64,000 nucleotides of DNA from a bacterium (GCA_004560305.1 SFVI01000009.1:4026-68025); one strand, 5' to 3'. Shown: positions 21,676-31,481, counted from the first letter of the stretch. A program made the numbers and translations. The notes: a model not told the origin generated them from the sequence alone.

Positions 21676-22381
21676 ATTCCAGTTTTTCCCGCAGCAGCTC
21701 CACCGCCCGCCGCTCCAGCCGAGAGATTTGCACCTGGGAAACGTGCATCACCTTGGCGCAGTTCTGCTGGGTCATGCCGTGGTAGTAGCGCAGGGCCACC
21801 ACCTGCCGCTCCCGCTCCGGCAGCTGCTCGATGGCCGCGCGAAGAGCCACATGCTCCACCATCTTCTCCTCGGCGCCGTAGTCCCCCAGCACCAGCTCCA
21901 GGGTGAAGCCGTCCTCCCCGCTCTCCCGCTGCAGGCTCTCGGCAGGGCCGGTGGCGGTCTCGGCAAAGGCAATGTCCTCCGGGCTCATCCCCGTTTCCCG
22001 GGAAAGCTCCGACAAAGTGGGTTCCCGCCCCAGCCGCTGCTCCAGCTCGATCCGGGCCATGCGGATCTGGGCCGCCTGCTCCTTGATTCCCCGGCTCACC
22101 TTCACCATGCCGTCATCCCGGAGGAAGCGGCGGATCTCCCCGGAAATTTTCGGCACCGCGTAGGTGGAAAAGCGGGTGCCGAAGCTCTCATCGAAGCCCT
22201 CAATGGCCTTCAGAAAGCCCACGCAGCCCAGCTGATACAGATCCTCCGGGTCAATGCCCCGGCCGAAGTAGCGCCGGGCCACGCTCCAGATCAGGCCGGC
22301 ATTTTCTTCCACCAGCTTTCCCGCCGCCTCCCGGTCACCCTGGCGCGCACGGCGGATTTCCCCGTAAATGTCCCCGCTCAT
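21674..22381 (-). CDS. sigF: Sporulation sigma factor F
   Basis: Sigma-70 regions 2-4 (GLIWSVARRY, YQLGCVGFLKAIEGFD, VSQVQISRLERRA). Start MSGDIYGE (ATG 22381) overlaps the spoIIAB stop (ATGA); the track ORF 21674-22882 is an out-of-frame 5' extension. Confidence 0.93.
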   Translation of the reverse strand: MSGDIYGEIRRARQGDREAAGKLVEENAGLIWSVARRYFGRGIDPEDLYQLGCVGFLKAIEGFDESFGTRFSTYAVPKISGEIRRFLRDDGMVKVSRGIKEQAAQIRMARIELEQRLGREPTLSELSRETGMSPEDIAFAETATGPAESLQRESGEDGFTLELVLGDYGAEEKMVEHVALRAAIEQLPERERQVVALRYYHGMTQQNCAKVMHVSQVQISRLERRAVELLREKLE

Positions 22382-22818
22382 CGCTTGCCCTGCCGGGGAC
22401 TGATGAAGCGCTGCATCACCACGGTGGTGCCCTTGCCGGGGCTGGAGCGCACCCGCAGCTTGTCCATGAAGCTGCCCATGATGGTAAAGCCCATGCCGCT
22501 GCGCTCCTCCCCGCCGGTGGTATACAGGGGCGTCATGGCCTGCTGCACATCGGCAATGCCCTTGCCCCAGTCCCGGATGCTGATTTCCAGGGTATTGCCC
22601 TTGATGATCCGCAGCCGCATGGCAATGCGGCCCAGGGTGTCCGGGTAGCCATGGACGATGGCATTGGTCACTGCTTCGGACACCGCGGTCTTGATGTCCC
22701 CCAGTTCCTCCAGGGTGGGGTCCAGCTGGGCGGCAAAGGCAGCGGCAGCGGTGCGGGCAAAAGCCTCGTTGCAGCTTTTGCTGGGGAATTCCAGCTTTAT
22801 GTAATTGGTTTCGTTCAT
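22378..22818 (-). CDS. spoIIAB: Anti-sigma F factor (serine kinase) SpoIIAB
   Basis: HATPase-type motifs EAVTNAIVHGY and DWGKGI; ATG 22818 preceded by GGAGGA. Confidence 0.92.
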   Translation of the reverse strand: MNETNYIKLEFPSKSCNEAFARTAAAAFAAQLDPTLEELGDIKTAVSEAVTNAIVHGYPDTLGRIAMRLRIIKGNTLEISIRDWGKGIADVQQAMTPLYTTGGEERSGMGFTIMGSFMDKLRVRSSPGKGTTVVMQRFISPRQGKR

Positions 22819-22832
22819 AATCACTCCTCCTT

Positions 22833-23147
22833 TTATTTGCCCAGCGCCACCGGCACCAGCCGGTCGATCCCCGCCGCGTCAATGACCCGCTGGGGCTGCT
22901 TTGCCGGGTTTTCGATCCACGCTCTTCCGCCCAAGGTTTTCATCCGGCGGCTGACCCGGATGATCACCGCAATGCCAGAGGAATCCATGAAGCTGAGGCC
23001 GGACAGCTCCAGCACGCAGTCTCTGGGCATATATTCGTCCAGCAGCTCCTCAATGGAGCGGATGGCGTTTCTGGCCTCATGGTGATCCAGCTCTCCTGCC
23101 AGGAAAATGGTCAGCCTGCCGGCGGTGTAGCTTGTGTTTATATTCAT
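22833..23147 (-). CDS. spoIIAA: Anti-sigma F factor antagonist SpoIIAA (STAS domain)
   Basis: STAS fold with the phosphorylatable FMDSSG motif; start MNINTS (ATG 23147) with GGGAGAGAG upstream. Confidence 0.9.
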   Translation of the reverse strand: MNINTSYTAGRLTIFLAGELDHHEARNAIRSIEELLDEYMPRDCVLELSGLSFMDSSGIAVIIRVSRRMKTLGGRAWIENPAKQPQRVIDAAGIDRLVPVALGK

Positions 23148-23170
23148 CCTGTCTCTCTCCCGTCTGCGAT

Positions 23171-23210
23171 AAAAAAATAGCACCGCATCTTTACGATGCA
23201 GTGCTATTTT
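23171..23210 (-). terminator. Intrinsic terminator after valS
   Basis: Minus strand tagcactgcatc/gatgcggtgcta stem (one G.U), extended by A/U pairs, then U7. Confidence 0.8.
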
Positions 23211-23258
23211 AATCTCTATTCAGTGCGGAATCGGTCGAAAAGTGCAGGCAAACCGTAC

Positions 23259-25886
23259 TTATTTGCCAAGATTTTCAAGGCTCAGCTTCAGGTTCTCAAT
23301 GAGGGCCTCCAGCTTGGCCTTCTTCTCCCGCTCCACGTTGACAACGGCCTCCGGGGCCCGGGTAACGAAGTTCTGGTTGGCAAGCTTTGCGTTCTGCCCG
23401 GCCAGCTGCTTCTCGGCGTTGGCCAGCTCCTTCTGGATGCGCTCCTTCTCCTTCTCCAGATCCACCAGCTCCGCCATGGGCATGAACATGCGGGCGTTGT
23501 CGGTGATGACGGAGACCATTCCCTCGGTCTTTTCCGGGGCGGCGGCGGAGACGCTGACCTCGCTGGCGTAGGCCAGCTTGCAGATATAGCTGCGCCCGGC
23601 CTCAAAGGCCGCGGTCTTGTCGGTGGCGATGATCAGGTGGGCCTTCCGGGAGGGGGGGACATTCATGTCGCTGCGGCGGGTGCGGACGGCCTTGATGGCG
23701 GTCATGACCATCTCGAAGTTCTGCTCATCCTCCGGGAAGTCCAGCTCCGCCTTGTAGGCGGGGTAGTCCTGGATCATCAGGGCCTCGCCCTCATGGGGCA
23801 GCGCCTGCCAGATCTCCTCGGTGATAAAGGGCATGAAGGGGTGCAGCAGCTTCAGGATCTCGGTGAGCACATACAGCAGCACCTGCTGGGCGGAGCGCTT
23901 CTTCGCCTCATCCTCGCCGTTGAGCCGGGGCTTGGTCAGCTCAATGTACCAGTCGCAGAAGCTGTCCCAGATGAAGTCGTAGATCTTGCCTGCGGCCACA
24001 CCCAGCTCAAAGCTGTCCATGTTCTCGCAGACCTCTTTCACCACGGTGTTCAGCTTGGAGAGGATCCACTTATCCTCGATCTCCAGCGTCTCCGGCAGTT
24101 CATTCCTGTCGATGTGCAGGTTCATCATCACAAAGCGGGAGGCGTTCCAGATCTTGTTGCAGAAGTTGCGCATGGCCTCGCACTTCTCCACATAGAAGCG
24201 CATGTCATTGCCGGGGGAGTTGCCGGTGATCAGGTTGAAGCGCAGGGCGTCGGCGCCGTACTTGTCCACCATCTCCAGGGGATCGATGCCGTTGCCCAGA
24301 GACTTGGACATCTTCCGGCCCAGGCTGTCGCGCACCAGGCCGTGGATGAACACGGTGTGGAAGGGCTCCTTCTTCATCTGCTCCATGCCGGAGAAGATCA
24401 TCCGGGCCACCCAGAAGAAGATGATGTCATAGCCGGTGACCATCACGCTGGTGGGGTACCAGTAATCCAGCTCTTCGGTCTTTTCGGGCCAGCCCATGGT
24501 GGAGAAGGGCCACAGAGCGGAGCTGAACCAGGTGTCCAGCACGTCCTCATCCCGGGTGATGTTCTTGCTGTGGCAGTGCTCGCACTCGGTGGCGTCCTGC
24601 CGGGAGACGGTGATATGGCCGCAGTCGGCGCAGTACCAGGCGGGGATCTGGTGGCCCCACCAGAGCTGACGGGAGATGCACCAGTCGTGAACGTTCTCCA
24701 TCCAGTTCAGATAGGTCTTGGTAAAGCGCTCGGGAACAAACTTGATGCGCCCGTCCTTTACAACTTCAATGGCGGCCTTGGCCAGGGGCTCCATCTTCAC
24801 GAACCACTGGGGGCTGGTGAGCGGCTCCACCACGGTGCCGCAGCGGTAGCAGCAGCCCACGTTGTGGCTGTAGGGCTCGGTCTTTACCAGATAGCCCTGC
24901 TCCTCCAGGTCGGCCACGATGGCCTTCCGGGCCTCATAGCGGTCCATGCTGTTGTACTTGCCGCCGTTGATGATACGGGCGTCCTCGTCGATGCACTGGA
25001 TCTGCTCCAGATTGTGGCGCAGGCCCACCTCATAGTCGTTGGGGTCGTGGCAGGGGGTCATCTTCACCGCACCGGTGCCGAAGCCCAGCTCCACGTAATT
25101 GTCCGCCACGATGGGCAGCTTCCGTCCCACCAGGGGCAGGATGGCGTTCTTGCCCACCAGATGCTTGTAGCGCTCGTCATCCGGGTGGACGGCCACGCCG
25201 GTATCGCCCAGCATGGTCTCAGGCCGGGTGGTGGCAATGATGAACTCCTCGTCGGAGCCCTCGATGGGATAGCGGATGTGCCAGAAGGCGCCGGGCATAT
25301 CCTTGTATTCCACCTCCGCGTCGGACAGGGCGGTGCGGCACTTGGGGCACCAGTTGATGATGCGGCTGCCCTTGTAGATCAGGCCCTTTTCATACAGGTC
25401 GCAGAAGGTCTCCCGGACAGACCGGGCACAGACCTCATCCATGGTGAAGCGGCTTCTGTCCCAGTCGCAGGAGACGCCCATGCTCTTCTGCTGCTCCACG
25501 ATCCGGTCGCCGTACTGCTGCTTCCAGTCCCAGACCCGCTCCAGGAACTTCTCCCGGCCCAGGTCATAGCGGCTCAGCCCCTCTTCCTTCCGCAGCACTT
25601 CCTCCACCTTGATCTGGGTGGCAATGCCTGCGTGGTCAACGCCGGGCAGCCACAATGCGGCGTAGCCCTGCATCCGCTTGTAGCGGGTCAGAATGTCCTG
25701 CAGGGTGGCGTCCAGGGCGTGGCCCATATGCAGCTGACCAGTTACATTGGGGGGCGGCATCACGATGGAAAAGGGCTTCTTGTCCTTGTCGATCTTGCCT
25801 TTGAAGTAGCCGCCCTTCATCCACATATCATAAATCTTCTTTTCGACCGCTTTCGGGTCATAGGTCTTGGGGAGCTCGCGCATCAT
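23259..25886 (-). CDS. valS: Valine--tRNA ligase
   Basis: HIGH-type [19 protein letters not shown]-terminal coiled coil; GGAGGA SD. Confidence 0.97.
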   Translation of the reverse strand: MMRELPKTYDPKAVEKKIYDMWMKGGYFKGKIDKDKKPFSIVMPPPNVTGQLHMGHALDATLQDILTRYKRMQGYAALWLPGVDHAGIATQIKVEEVLRKEEGLSRYDLGREKFLERVWDWKQQYGDRIVEQQKSMGVSCDWDRSRFTMDEVCARSVRETFCDLYEKGLIYKGSRIINWCPKCRTALSDAEVEYKDMPGAFWHIRYPIEGSDEEFIIATTRPETMLGDTGVAVHPDDERYKHLVGKNAILPLVGRKLPIVADNYVELGFGTGAVKMTPCHDPNDYEVGLRHNLEQIQCIDEDARIINGGKYNSMDRYEARKAIVADLEEQGYLVKTEPYSHNVGCCYRCGTVVEPLTSPQWFVKMEPLAKAAIEVVKDGRIKFVPERFTKTYLNWMENVHDWCISRQLWWGHQIPAWYCADCGHITVSRQDATECEHCHSKNITRDEDVLDTWFSSALWPFSTMGWPEKTEELDYWYPTSVMVTGYDIIFFWVARMIFSGMEQMKKEPFHTVFIHGLVRDSLGRKMSKSLGNGIDPLEMVDKYGADALRFNLITGNSPGNDMRFYVEKCEAMRNFCNKIWNASRFVMMNLHIDRNELPETLEIEDKWILSKLNTVVKEVCENMDSFELGVAAGKIYDFIWDSFCDWYIELTKPRLNGEDEAKKRSAQQVLLYVLTEILKLLHPFMPFITEEIWQALPHEGEALMIQDYPAYKAELDFPEDEQNFEMVMTAIKAVRTRRSDMNVPPSRKAHLIIATDKTAAFEAGRSYICKLAYASEVSVSAAAPEKTEGMVSVITDNARMFMPMAELVDLEKEKERIQKELANAEKQLAGQNAKLANQNFVTRAPEAVVNVEREKKAKLEALIENLKLSLENLGK

Positions 25887-25904
25887 ATCATCCTCCTAAA
25901 AAAC

Positions 25905-26170
25905 TGAAAAACGCCCTGAAGCCATAGCTTCAGGGCGATAATATACCGCGGTACCACCTGAATTCCGCAATCTGCGGCACTTCGGAGCCCAGGCCAAAAA
26001 GCCCTACTCTTAGGCCCTGTAACGGGAGCCGCCCGCCGAAGCTACCCAGCTGAAGCCTTCACTTCCGGCGCTCAAGGCCGACCTTCCGCAGCGCCTCACG
26101 GGAGCTCTCACCTGCCGCTCCCTCTCTGAGATCCGCAAACTGCGTACTCCTGCCTCTCACAGCGATTTGA
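25905..26170 (-). promoter_or_regulatory. T-box riboswitch leader of valS (specifier GUC)
   Basis: Minus-strand AGGTGGTACCGCG (25947-25959), AGAGAG and GGTGAGAG stem-I elements, GAA-GGUC-G specifier context with GTC at 26080-26082, terminator 25907-25937 (11-bp stem plus U5). Confidence 0.88.
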
Positions 26171-26174
26171 CCGA

Positions 26175-26203
26175 ATTTTACCCCAAAGGAACCGATTTGT
26201 CAA
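26175..26203 (-). promoter_or_regulatory. Sigma-A-type promoter for the valS leader
   Basis: TTGACA, 17 nt, TAAAAT on the minus strand. Confidence 0.6.
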
Positions 26204-26243
26204 TAGCCTGCCCGGCAAAAAACAGGCCTTTTTCCAGCATGAA

Positions 26244-27065
26244 TCAGGCTTTTCCCGCTTTATCCACATACTCGCAGGCGCTCAGGGCCGCCATGTTGCC
26301 CTCCCCCGCCGCCTTGGCCAGCTGGTAGGGCTTGCCGGCGCAGTCCCCGGCGGCGAACACCCCGGGCACATCGGTGCTCATATCCCGTCCAGTGACAATA
26401 CCGCCCTTTTCGTAGCGCAGCCCCGGCACCAGCTGGGTGACGGAAACCGTGTCCTTGATGATGAACACCGCGTCCACCGGGTATTCCTCTCCCTGATAGA
26501 TCAGGTTTTCTACCCGGTCACCGCCACGGATTTCATAGCGCCCGATACCGGGGAAACGCAGCAGCTCTCCGCACACGCTGCGGAGAAAATCTGCATCCTG
26601 CTCCGCTTCCTCACCGCTGCCGATGAGGGCGGCCCGCTTTCCCCGGTAGAGCATTCCGTCGCAGGTAGCACAGTAGCTGACGCCCCGGCCCAGAAACTCC
26701 GCCTCCCCGGGATACAGCTTTTCCCGGGTGATGCCGGCAGCCAGGATCACCGCCCCGGCCTCATAGAAGGCAGTCCCCACCGCCACGCCGAAACGCTCCC
26801 CAAAGGGCAGCACCGAAAGGGCCCGGCCCCGGATCTCCTCCGCGCCGCATTCCAGAAGCTGCTCATGGAGCAGTGCGGCAAACTCCGGCCCGCTGATCTC
26901 CTTGATTCCCGGGTAGTTGGTCACCTTCTCCGCCTTGTAAAGGTTGCTGGTCTCATAGGGGTTGGCAATCACGCCCACCGTTTTCCCTCTGCTGACGCAG
27001 GTCAGTGCCGCCGACACCCCGGCGATACCGCCGCCGATGATGATAATATCAAAGCTGTCCGCCAT
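26244..27065 (-). CDS. Thioredoxin-reductase-like FAD-dependent disulfide oxidoreductase (short form)
   Basis: N-terminal IIIIGGGIAGVSAA FAD motif, redox CATC(DG) at residues 132-135, C-terminal FAAGDCAG; only 273 aa. Confidence 0.8.
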   Translation of the reverse strand: MADSFDIIIIGGGIAGVSAALTCVSRGKTVGVIANPYETSNLYKAEKVTNYPGIKEISGPEFAALLHEQLLECGAEEIRGRALSVLPFGERFGVAVGTAFYEAGAVILAAGITREKLYPGEAEFLGRGVSYCATCDGMLYRGKRAALIGSGEEAEQDADFLRSVCGELLRFPGIGRYEIRGGDRVENLIYQGEEYPVDAVFIIKDTVSVTQLVPGLRYEKGGIVTGRDMSTDVPGVFAAGDCAGKPYQLAKAAGEGNMAALSACEYVDKAGKA

Positions 27066-27124
27066 AGCTCCTGTTCCTTTCTGAATTTCTCTGTCTTTTG
27101 TACAATTAGTCTAGCACATTTTTG

Positions 27125-27153
27125 TTGTAATTACCAGTATTATCGTTTATAAT
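27125..27153 (+). promoter_or_regulatory. Sigma-A-type promoter for glnS
   Basis: TTGTAA, 17 nt, TATAAT. Confidence 0.55.
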
Positions 27154-27184
27154 GTGGGCGTATGAAATTAAGGAGATGGAAAAG

Positions 27185-28870
27185 ATGGACGAAACCGCCA
27201 GAAATTTTATTGACGCTTTTGTGCAGGAGGATCTCTCTGAGGGGAACCGCTGCTACGGTATGCAGGTACACACCCGCTTCCCGCCAGAGCCTAACGGCTA
27301 CCTCCACATCGGCCACTGCAAGGCCCTGACCATTGATTTCAGTACTGCCGAACGCTTCGGCGGTATCTGCAACCTGCGCATGGATGACACCAACCCCGCC
27401 AAGGAAGACACCGAGTATGTGGACGCCATCCAGGAGGACATCCACTGGCTGGGCTTTGACTGGGGTGACCGCTTCTTCTACGGCTCCGATTATTTTGAGC
27501 AGACCTACCAGTATGCGTTGGAGCTGATCAGGAAGGGCCTCGCCTATGTGTGCGAGCTGACCCCGGAGCAGTTCAAGGAGTACCGGGGCGATACCACCCG
27601 GCCTGCCATCAGCCCCTGGCGTGACCGGCCCATTGAGGAAAGCCTGGATCTGTTCCAGCGCATGAGAAACGGCGAATTTGAGGAAGGAAAGTACACCCTT
27701 CGCGCCAAGATTGACCTGGCCAGCGGCAACTTCAACATGCGTGACCCGGTGCTCTACCGCATCCGCTATATTGAGCATCACCGTCAGGGCACCAAGTGGT
27801 GCATCTTCCCCATGTATGACTTTGCCCATCCCATTCAGGACGCGCTGGAGGGCATCACCCACTCCCTCTGCTCCCTGGAGTATGAGGCCCATCGTCCCCT
27901 GTATGACTGGGTGGTCTCCAATGTATCTATCCCCGGCATCAAGCCCCGTCAGATAGAGTTTGCCCGTCTGGGCATCAATTACACCGTCATGTCCAAGCGG
28001 AAGCTGCGCCGCCTGGTGGAGGAAGGCCGGGTCTCCGGCTGGGACGATCCCCGTATGCCCACCCTCTGCGGCCTGCGCCGCCGGGGCTATACCAGCGCCT
28101 CCATCCGGGAATTCTGTGAGCGCATCGGTGTCTCCAAGGTGGATTCCACCGTGGACTGGGCCCTGCTGGAAAGCTGCCTGCGGGATGACCTGAACGCCAA
28201 CGCACCCCGGGTCATGGCAGTGCTTCACCCGGTGAAGCTCACCGTCACCAATTACCCCGAAGGTCAGAGCGAGCTTCTGACCGTGGAGAACAACCCCCTC
28301 AAGCCGGAAGACGGCACCCGGGAAATCAGCTTCTCCCGCCACCTTTGGGTGGAGGCCGATGACTTTATGGAAGAGCCCGCCCCCAAATACAAGCGGCTCT
28401 ACCCCGGCAACGAGGTTCGTCTCAAGGGCGCTTATCTGGTCACCTGCACCGGCTGCGTCAAGGACGAGAACGGCAATATCACCGAGATTCTCTGTGAGTA
28501 TGACCCCAACAGCCGCGGCGGCGACCCGGCTGACGGCCGCAAGGTCAAGGGCGCTACTCTCCACTGGGTGGACGCCGATACTGCCGTGGATGCCGAGGTG
28601 CGCCTCTATGACTATCTCTTCACCGACCCGGAGCCGGACGCTCAGGATAAGAACTTCCTGGACTACCTGAACCCGGAAAGCCTGGTGACCCTCACCGGCT
28701 GCAAGGTGGAGGCCAGCCTGGCCAAGGTTCCCATGCCTGAGCGCGGCAAGAACTCCCAGGGCTTCCAGTTCATGCGTCAGGGCTACTTCTGCCTGGACAA
28801 TAAGGATGCCACGCCCGATCATCTGGTCTTTAACCGCTCCGTTGCCCTGAAGGACAGCTTCAAGAAGTAA
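27185..28870 (+). CDS. glnS: Glutamine--tRNA ligase
   Basis: HIGH motif PEPNGYLHIGH and VMSKRK; start MDETARNF (ATG 27185), 9 nt after AAGGAG. Confidence 0.95.
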   Translation: MDETARNFIDAFVQEDLSEGNRCYGMQVHTRFPPEPNGYLHIGHCKALTIDFSTAERFGGICNLRMDDTNPAKEDTEYVDAIQEDIHWLGFDWGDRFFYGSDYFEQTYQYALELIRKGLAYVCELTPEQFKEYRGDTTRPAISPWRDRPIEESLDLFQRMRNGEFEEGKYTLRAKIDLASGNFNMRDPVLYRIRYIEHHRQGTKWCIFPMYDFAHPIQDALEGITHSLCSLEYEAHRPLYDWVVSNVSIPGIKPRQIEFARLGINYTVMSKRKLRRLVEEGRVSGWDDPRMPTLCGLRRRGYTSASIREFCERIGVSKVDSTVDWALLESCLRDDLNANAPRVMAVLHPVKLTVTNYPEGQSELLTVENNPLKPEDGTREISFSRHLWVEADDFMEEPAPKYKRLYPGNEVRLKGAYLVTCTGCVKDENGNITEILCEYDPNSRGGDPADGRKVKGATLHWVDADTAVDAEVRLYDYLFTDPEPDAQDKNFLDYLNPESLVTLTGCKVEASLAKVPMPERGKNSQGFQFMRQGYFCLDNKDATPDHLVFNRSVALKDSFKK

Positions 28871-28923
28871 AAAGCAACGCAAAGCCGCTGCAAAGCTGCT
28901 GCAAATCCATATGAAAATCATAG

Positions 28924-28954
28924 AAAAAACAGGCTGCAAATGCAGCCTGTTTTT
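28924..28954. terminator. Bidirectional terminator between glnS and rfbB
   Basis: aaaaaacaggctgcaaatgcagcctgttttt. Confidence 0.7.
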
Positions 28955-28966
28955 AATTATGTAAAC

Positions 28967-30028
28967 TTATAGTTTGTTGTTGGCGTACATCTTCTCGTAG
29001 TAGCTCATGTAAGCGCCGGAGACGATCTTATCCATCCATTCCCCGTGGCTCAAGTACCACTCGATGGTGCTGGCCATGCCGGTCTCAAAGGTGTGCTTGG
29101 GGGCCCAGCCCAGCTGGGTGGTGATTTTGGTGTTGTCGATGGCGTAGCGGCGGTCATGGCCCGGCCGGTCCTTCACATGGACGATCAGATCCTCGCTCTT
29201 GCCAGTGCTGTTGATAATCAGCTTCACAATGTCAATATTGGCCTTCTCGTTGTTGCCGCCGATGTTGTAGACCTCGCCGGTGACGCCCTTTTCCAGCACG
29301 GTGGCAATGGCGGCGCAGTGATCCTCCACATACAGCCAGTCACGGATCTGCATCCCATCCCCATACACCGGCAGATTCTTGCCGCTGAGGCAGTTGTTGA
29401 TCATCAGGGGGATCAGCTTCTCCGGGAACTGATAGGGGCCGTAGTTGTTGGAGCATCGTGTTATGTTAACCGGCATGCCATAGGTCTTGTTGTAAGCCCG
29501 CACCACAAAGTCCGCCGACGCCTTGGAGGCCGAGTACGGGCTGTTGGGGGCCAGGGGCGTGGTCTCGGTGAACATGCCGGTGGCGCCCAGGGCGCCATAG
29601 ACCTCGTCGGTGGACACCTGCAGGTACTTGACCCCTTCCTTAAATTCATAGGAATATTTGTCATCCGGGTCCAGCTTCCAGTGACGCTTGGCCACATCCA
29701 GCAGGGTCTGGGTGCCCAGAATGTTGGTGGTGAGGAAAATGTCCGGGTTGGTGATGCTGCGGTCCACATGGCTTTCTGCGGCAAAATTCACCACCGTATC
29801 AAAGGCAAACTGATCAAACAACTCCTCCACCAGGGCCCGGTCATGAATATCCCCCTTGGCGAAGTGATAGCGAGGATCATCGCACACCTGGCTCAGGTTG
29901 TCCAGGTTGCCAGCATAGGTCAGCAGGTCCAGATTGACCACACAGATGTCCTCATAATTTTTCAGCAGGTAATGAATGAAGTTGGAGCCAATGAAGCCGG
30001 CGCCGCCGGTGACAAGAATATTTTTCAT
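28967..30028 (-). CDS. rfbB: dTDP-glucose 4,6-dehydratase
   Basis: TGGAGFIGSNF Rossmann motif and YSASKAS catalytic motif. Confidence 0.93.
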   Translation of the reverse strand: MKNILVTGGAGFIGSNFIHYLLKNYEDICVVNLDLLTYAGNLDNLSQVCDDPRYHFAKGDIHDRALVEELFDQFAFDTVVNFAAESHVDRSITNPDIFLTTNILGTQTLLDVAKRHWKLDPDDKYSYEFKEGVKYLQVSTDEVYGALGATGMFTETTPLAPNSPYSASKASADFVVRAYNKTYGMPVNITRCSNNYGPYQFPEKLIPLMINNCLSGKNLPVYGDGMQIRDWLYVEDHCAAIATVLEKGVTGEVYNIGGNNEKANIDIVKLIINSTGKSEDLIVHVKDRPGHDRRYAIDNTKITTQLGWAPKHTFETGMASTIEWYLSHGEWMDKIVSGAYMSYYEKMYANNKL

Positions 30029-30036
30029 AGCTGTTT

Positions 30037-30906
30037 TTAATCCTTTTCCACAAGTGATATAAGATACTGGCCGTAATCGGTCATTTTCAGCTCGGTTCCG
30101 ATGGCAAGAAGCTGCTGGTCATTGATCCAGCCCCGGCGCCAGGCAATCTCTTCAATGCAGGAGATGTAAAAGCCCTGTCGGTTCTGCACGGTGGCAACGA
30201 ACTGGGAGGCCTGAAGCATCCCTTCAGGCGTGCCAGTGTCCAGCCAGGCCATGCCGCGGCCCATGGGACTCACCAGCAGCTGGCCCCGCTGAAGGTAAAC
30301 GTTATTCACCGTAGTGATCTCCAGCTCCCCTCTGGCAGAAGGCTGGATGGTCTTTGCCACCTCCACCACGCTGTTGTCATAGAAATACAGGCCCGGCACG
30401 GCAAAATTGCTCTTGGGATTCTGGGGCTTTTCCTCGATGGAGACGACATGCTTATTTTCATCAAATTCCACCACACCGAAAGATCTGGGGTTTTTTACCT
30501 GTACGCCGAAGATCATGCCGCCCTTCTCAATGGCGGCGCCCCGGCGCAGATAGTCAGAGAGGGCCTGGCCATAAAAAATATTGTCGCCCAGGATCAGGCA
30601 CACGGAATCGCCGCCGATGAATTCTTCACCCAGGATAAAGGCTTCCGCAAGGCCACGGGGCTGCTCCTGAACCTTATATTCAAAGCGCATCCCCAGCCGC
30701 TGTCCGTCCCCCAGCAGGGCCCGGTAATTGGGCAGGTCCTCCGGCGTGGAGATGATCAGGACCTCCCGGATCCCGGCCAGCATCAGGACAGAGAGGGGAT
30801 AATAAATCATGGGTTTATCATATATGGGCAGCAGCTGCTTTGAGACAACCTTTGTCATTGGATAGAGGCGGGTCCCCTTTCCGCCGGCAAGTATGATTCC
30901 TTTCAT
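30037..30906 (-). CDS. rfbA: Glucose-1-phosphate thymidylyltransferase
   Basis: [19 protein letters not shown]-terminus; start trimmed to MKGII (30906). Confidence 0.93.
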   Translation of the reverse strand: MKGIILAGGKGTRLYPMTKVVSKQLLPIYDKPMIYYPLSVLMLAGIREVLIISTPEDLPNYRALLGDGQRLGMRFEYKVQEQPRGLAEAFILGEEFIGGDSVCLILGDNIFYGQALSDYLRRGAAIEKGGMIFGVQVKNPRSFGVVEFDENKHVVSIEEKPQNPKSNFAVPGLYFYDNSVVEVAKTIQPSARGELEITTVNNVYLQRGQLLVSPMGRGMAWLDTGTPEGMLQASQFVATVQNRQGFYISCIEEIAWRRGWINDQQLLAIGTELKMTDYGQYLISLVEKD

Positions 30907-31019
30907 GGCAAAGCGCACCTCCATTTACGCACAATTTTTCGGAACCATTTTACCATCATATCGTGTTTTCTGTCAATGACCGTCAAAATATATACACAAA
31001 ATATAGGCGAAAAAAGGGC

Positions 31020-31048
31020 TTGAATTCTATGAACAGCTATGTTATACT
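31020..31048 (+). promoter_or_regulatory. Sigma-A-type promoter for secG
   Basis: TTGAAT, 17 nt, TATACT. Confidence 0.5.
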
Positions 31049-31091
31049 TTTAAAGCTATTAAATCTGTAAACTTTGAAAGGGTTGAAATAA

Positions 31092-31331
31092 ATGTCTGTC
31101 ATCACCATTATTCTCACTGTTCTCCAGGTTCTTTCCGGCATCGCTGTCACCGCAATCGTGCTTATGCAGAGCGGCAAGAGCGCCGGCCTCTCCGGCGCCA
31201 TCTCCGGCGGCGCAGAGACCTTCATGTCCAAGGGAAAGGCCAAGACCCTGGACGCCAAGCTGGCAAAGGCCACCAAGTGGTTCGCCCTGGCCTTCGTTCT
31301 GCTGACCCTGAGCCTCCACTTTGTTGGATAA
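31092..31331 (+). CDS. secG: Preprotein translocase subunit SecG
   Basis: 79 aa, two TM helices, LMQSGKSAGLSGAISGG motif. Confidence 0.88.
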   Translation: MSVITIILTVLQVLSGIAVTAIVLMQSGKSAGLSGAISGGAETFMSKGKAKTLDAKLAKATKWFALAFVLLTLSLHFVG

Positions 31332-31344
31332 GAGGAGAGAAAAA

Positions 31345-31378
31345 ACAGCTGCCGATATGCATTGGCAGCTGTTTTTTT
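31345..31378 (+). terminator. Intrinsic terminator after secG
   Basis: acagctgcc ... ggcagctgt stem followed by T7. Confidence 0.8.
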
Positions 31379-31438
31379 ATACAATTTCAAATTGCTTTTA
31401 CAGCAGCTTTGGCTCGCCTTTCTGCCGCCTTTAGACAT

Positions 31439-31471
31439 AAAAAGCAGACGGAAAACTTCCGTCTGCTTTTT
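31439..31471 (-). terminator. Intrinsic (bidirectional) terminator after dctM
   Basis: aaaaa-gcagacgga-aaact-tccgtctgc-ttttt. Confidence 0.75.
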
Positions 31472-31481
31472 ATGCGTTGAG

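Noticed and set aside
21674-22882. 402-aa ORF apparently spanning sigF and spoIIAB
   Set aside because: Only the C-terminal 235 aa (from MSGDIYGE, ATG 22381) are sigma-factor-like. The N-terminal part is an Arg/Gly/His/Pro-rich out-of-frame read through spoIIAB, which has its own well-supported frame (22378-22818).
23196-25907. Very long antisense ORFs that mirror real genes almost end to end:
- 23196-25907 opposite valS
- 27140-28939 opposite glnS
- 5800-7863 opposite alaS
- 1430-3271 opposite holA and comEC
- 39112-40887 opposite telA and xpaC
- 42327-44027 opposite rnj
- 52097-53686 opposite murE
- 31362-32804 opposite dctM
- 40836-41960 opposite rpe and recR
   Set aside because: Their products are low-complexity (Gly, Ala, His, Gln, Leu and Val rich) with no recognisable motifs, whereas the opposite strand encodes proteins with unmistakable catalytic signatures. 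Stop-free antisense frames are expected in GC-rich coding DNA that avoids the codons TTA, CTA and TCA.
26260-26268. Perfect DnaA-box 9-mers TTATCCACA at 26260-26268 and 51704-51712
   Set aside because: They are isolated, lie inside coding sequences (the trxB-like gene and mraY), are about 25 kb apart, and have no clustering or AT-rich unwinding element. This is consistent with chance occurrence, not an origin.
28957-28967. TTATGTAAACT, identical to the XerD arm of the Bacillus subtilis dif site; a similar AATTATGTAAAC also occurs at about 61370
   Set aside because: The expected XerC arm and central region are absent upstream (atgcagcctgt/ttttaa). The motif overlaps the rfbB stop codon, and 11-12-mers recur by chance many times in 64 kb.
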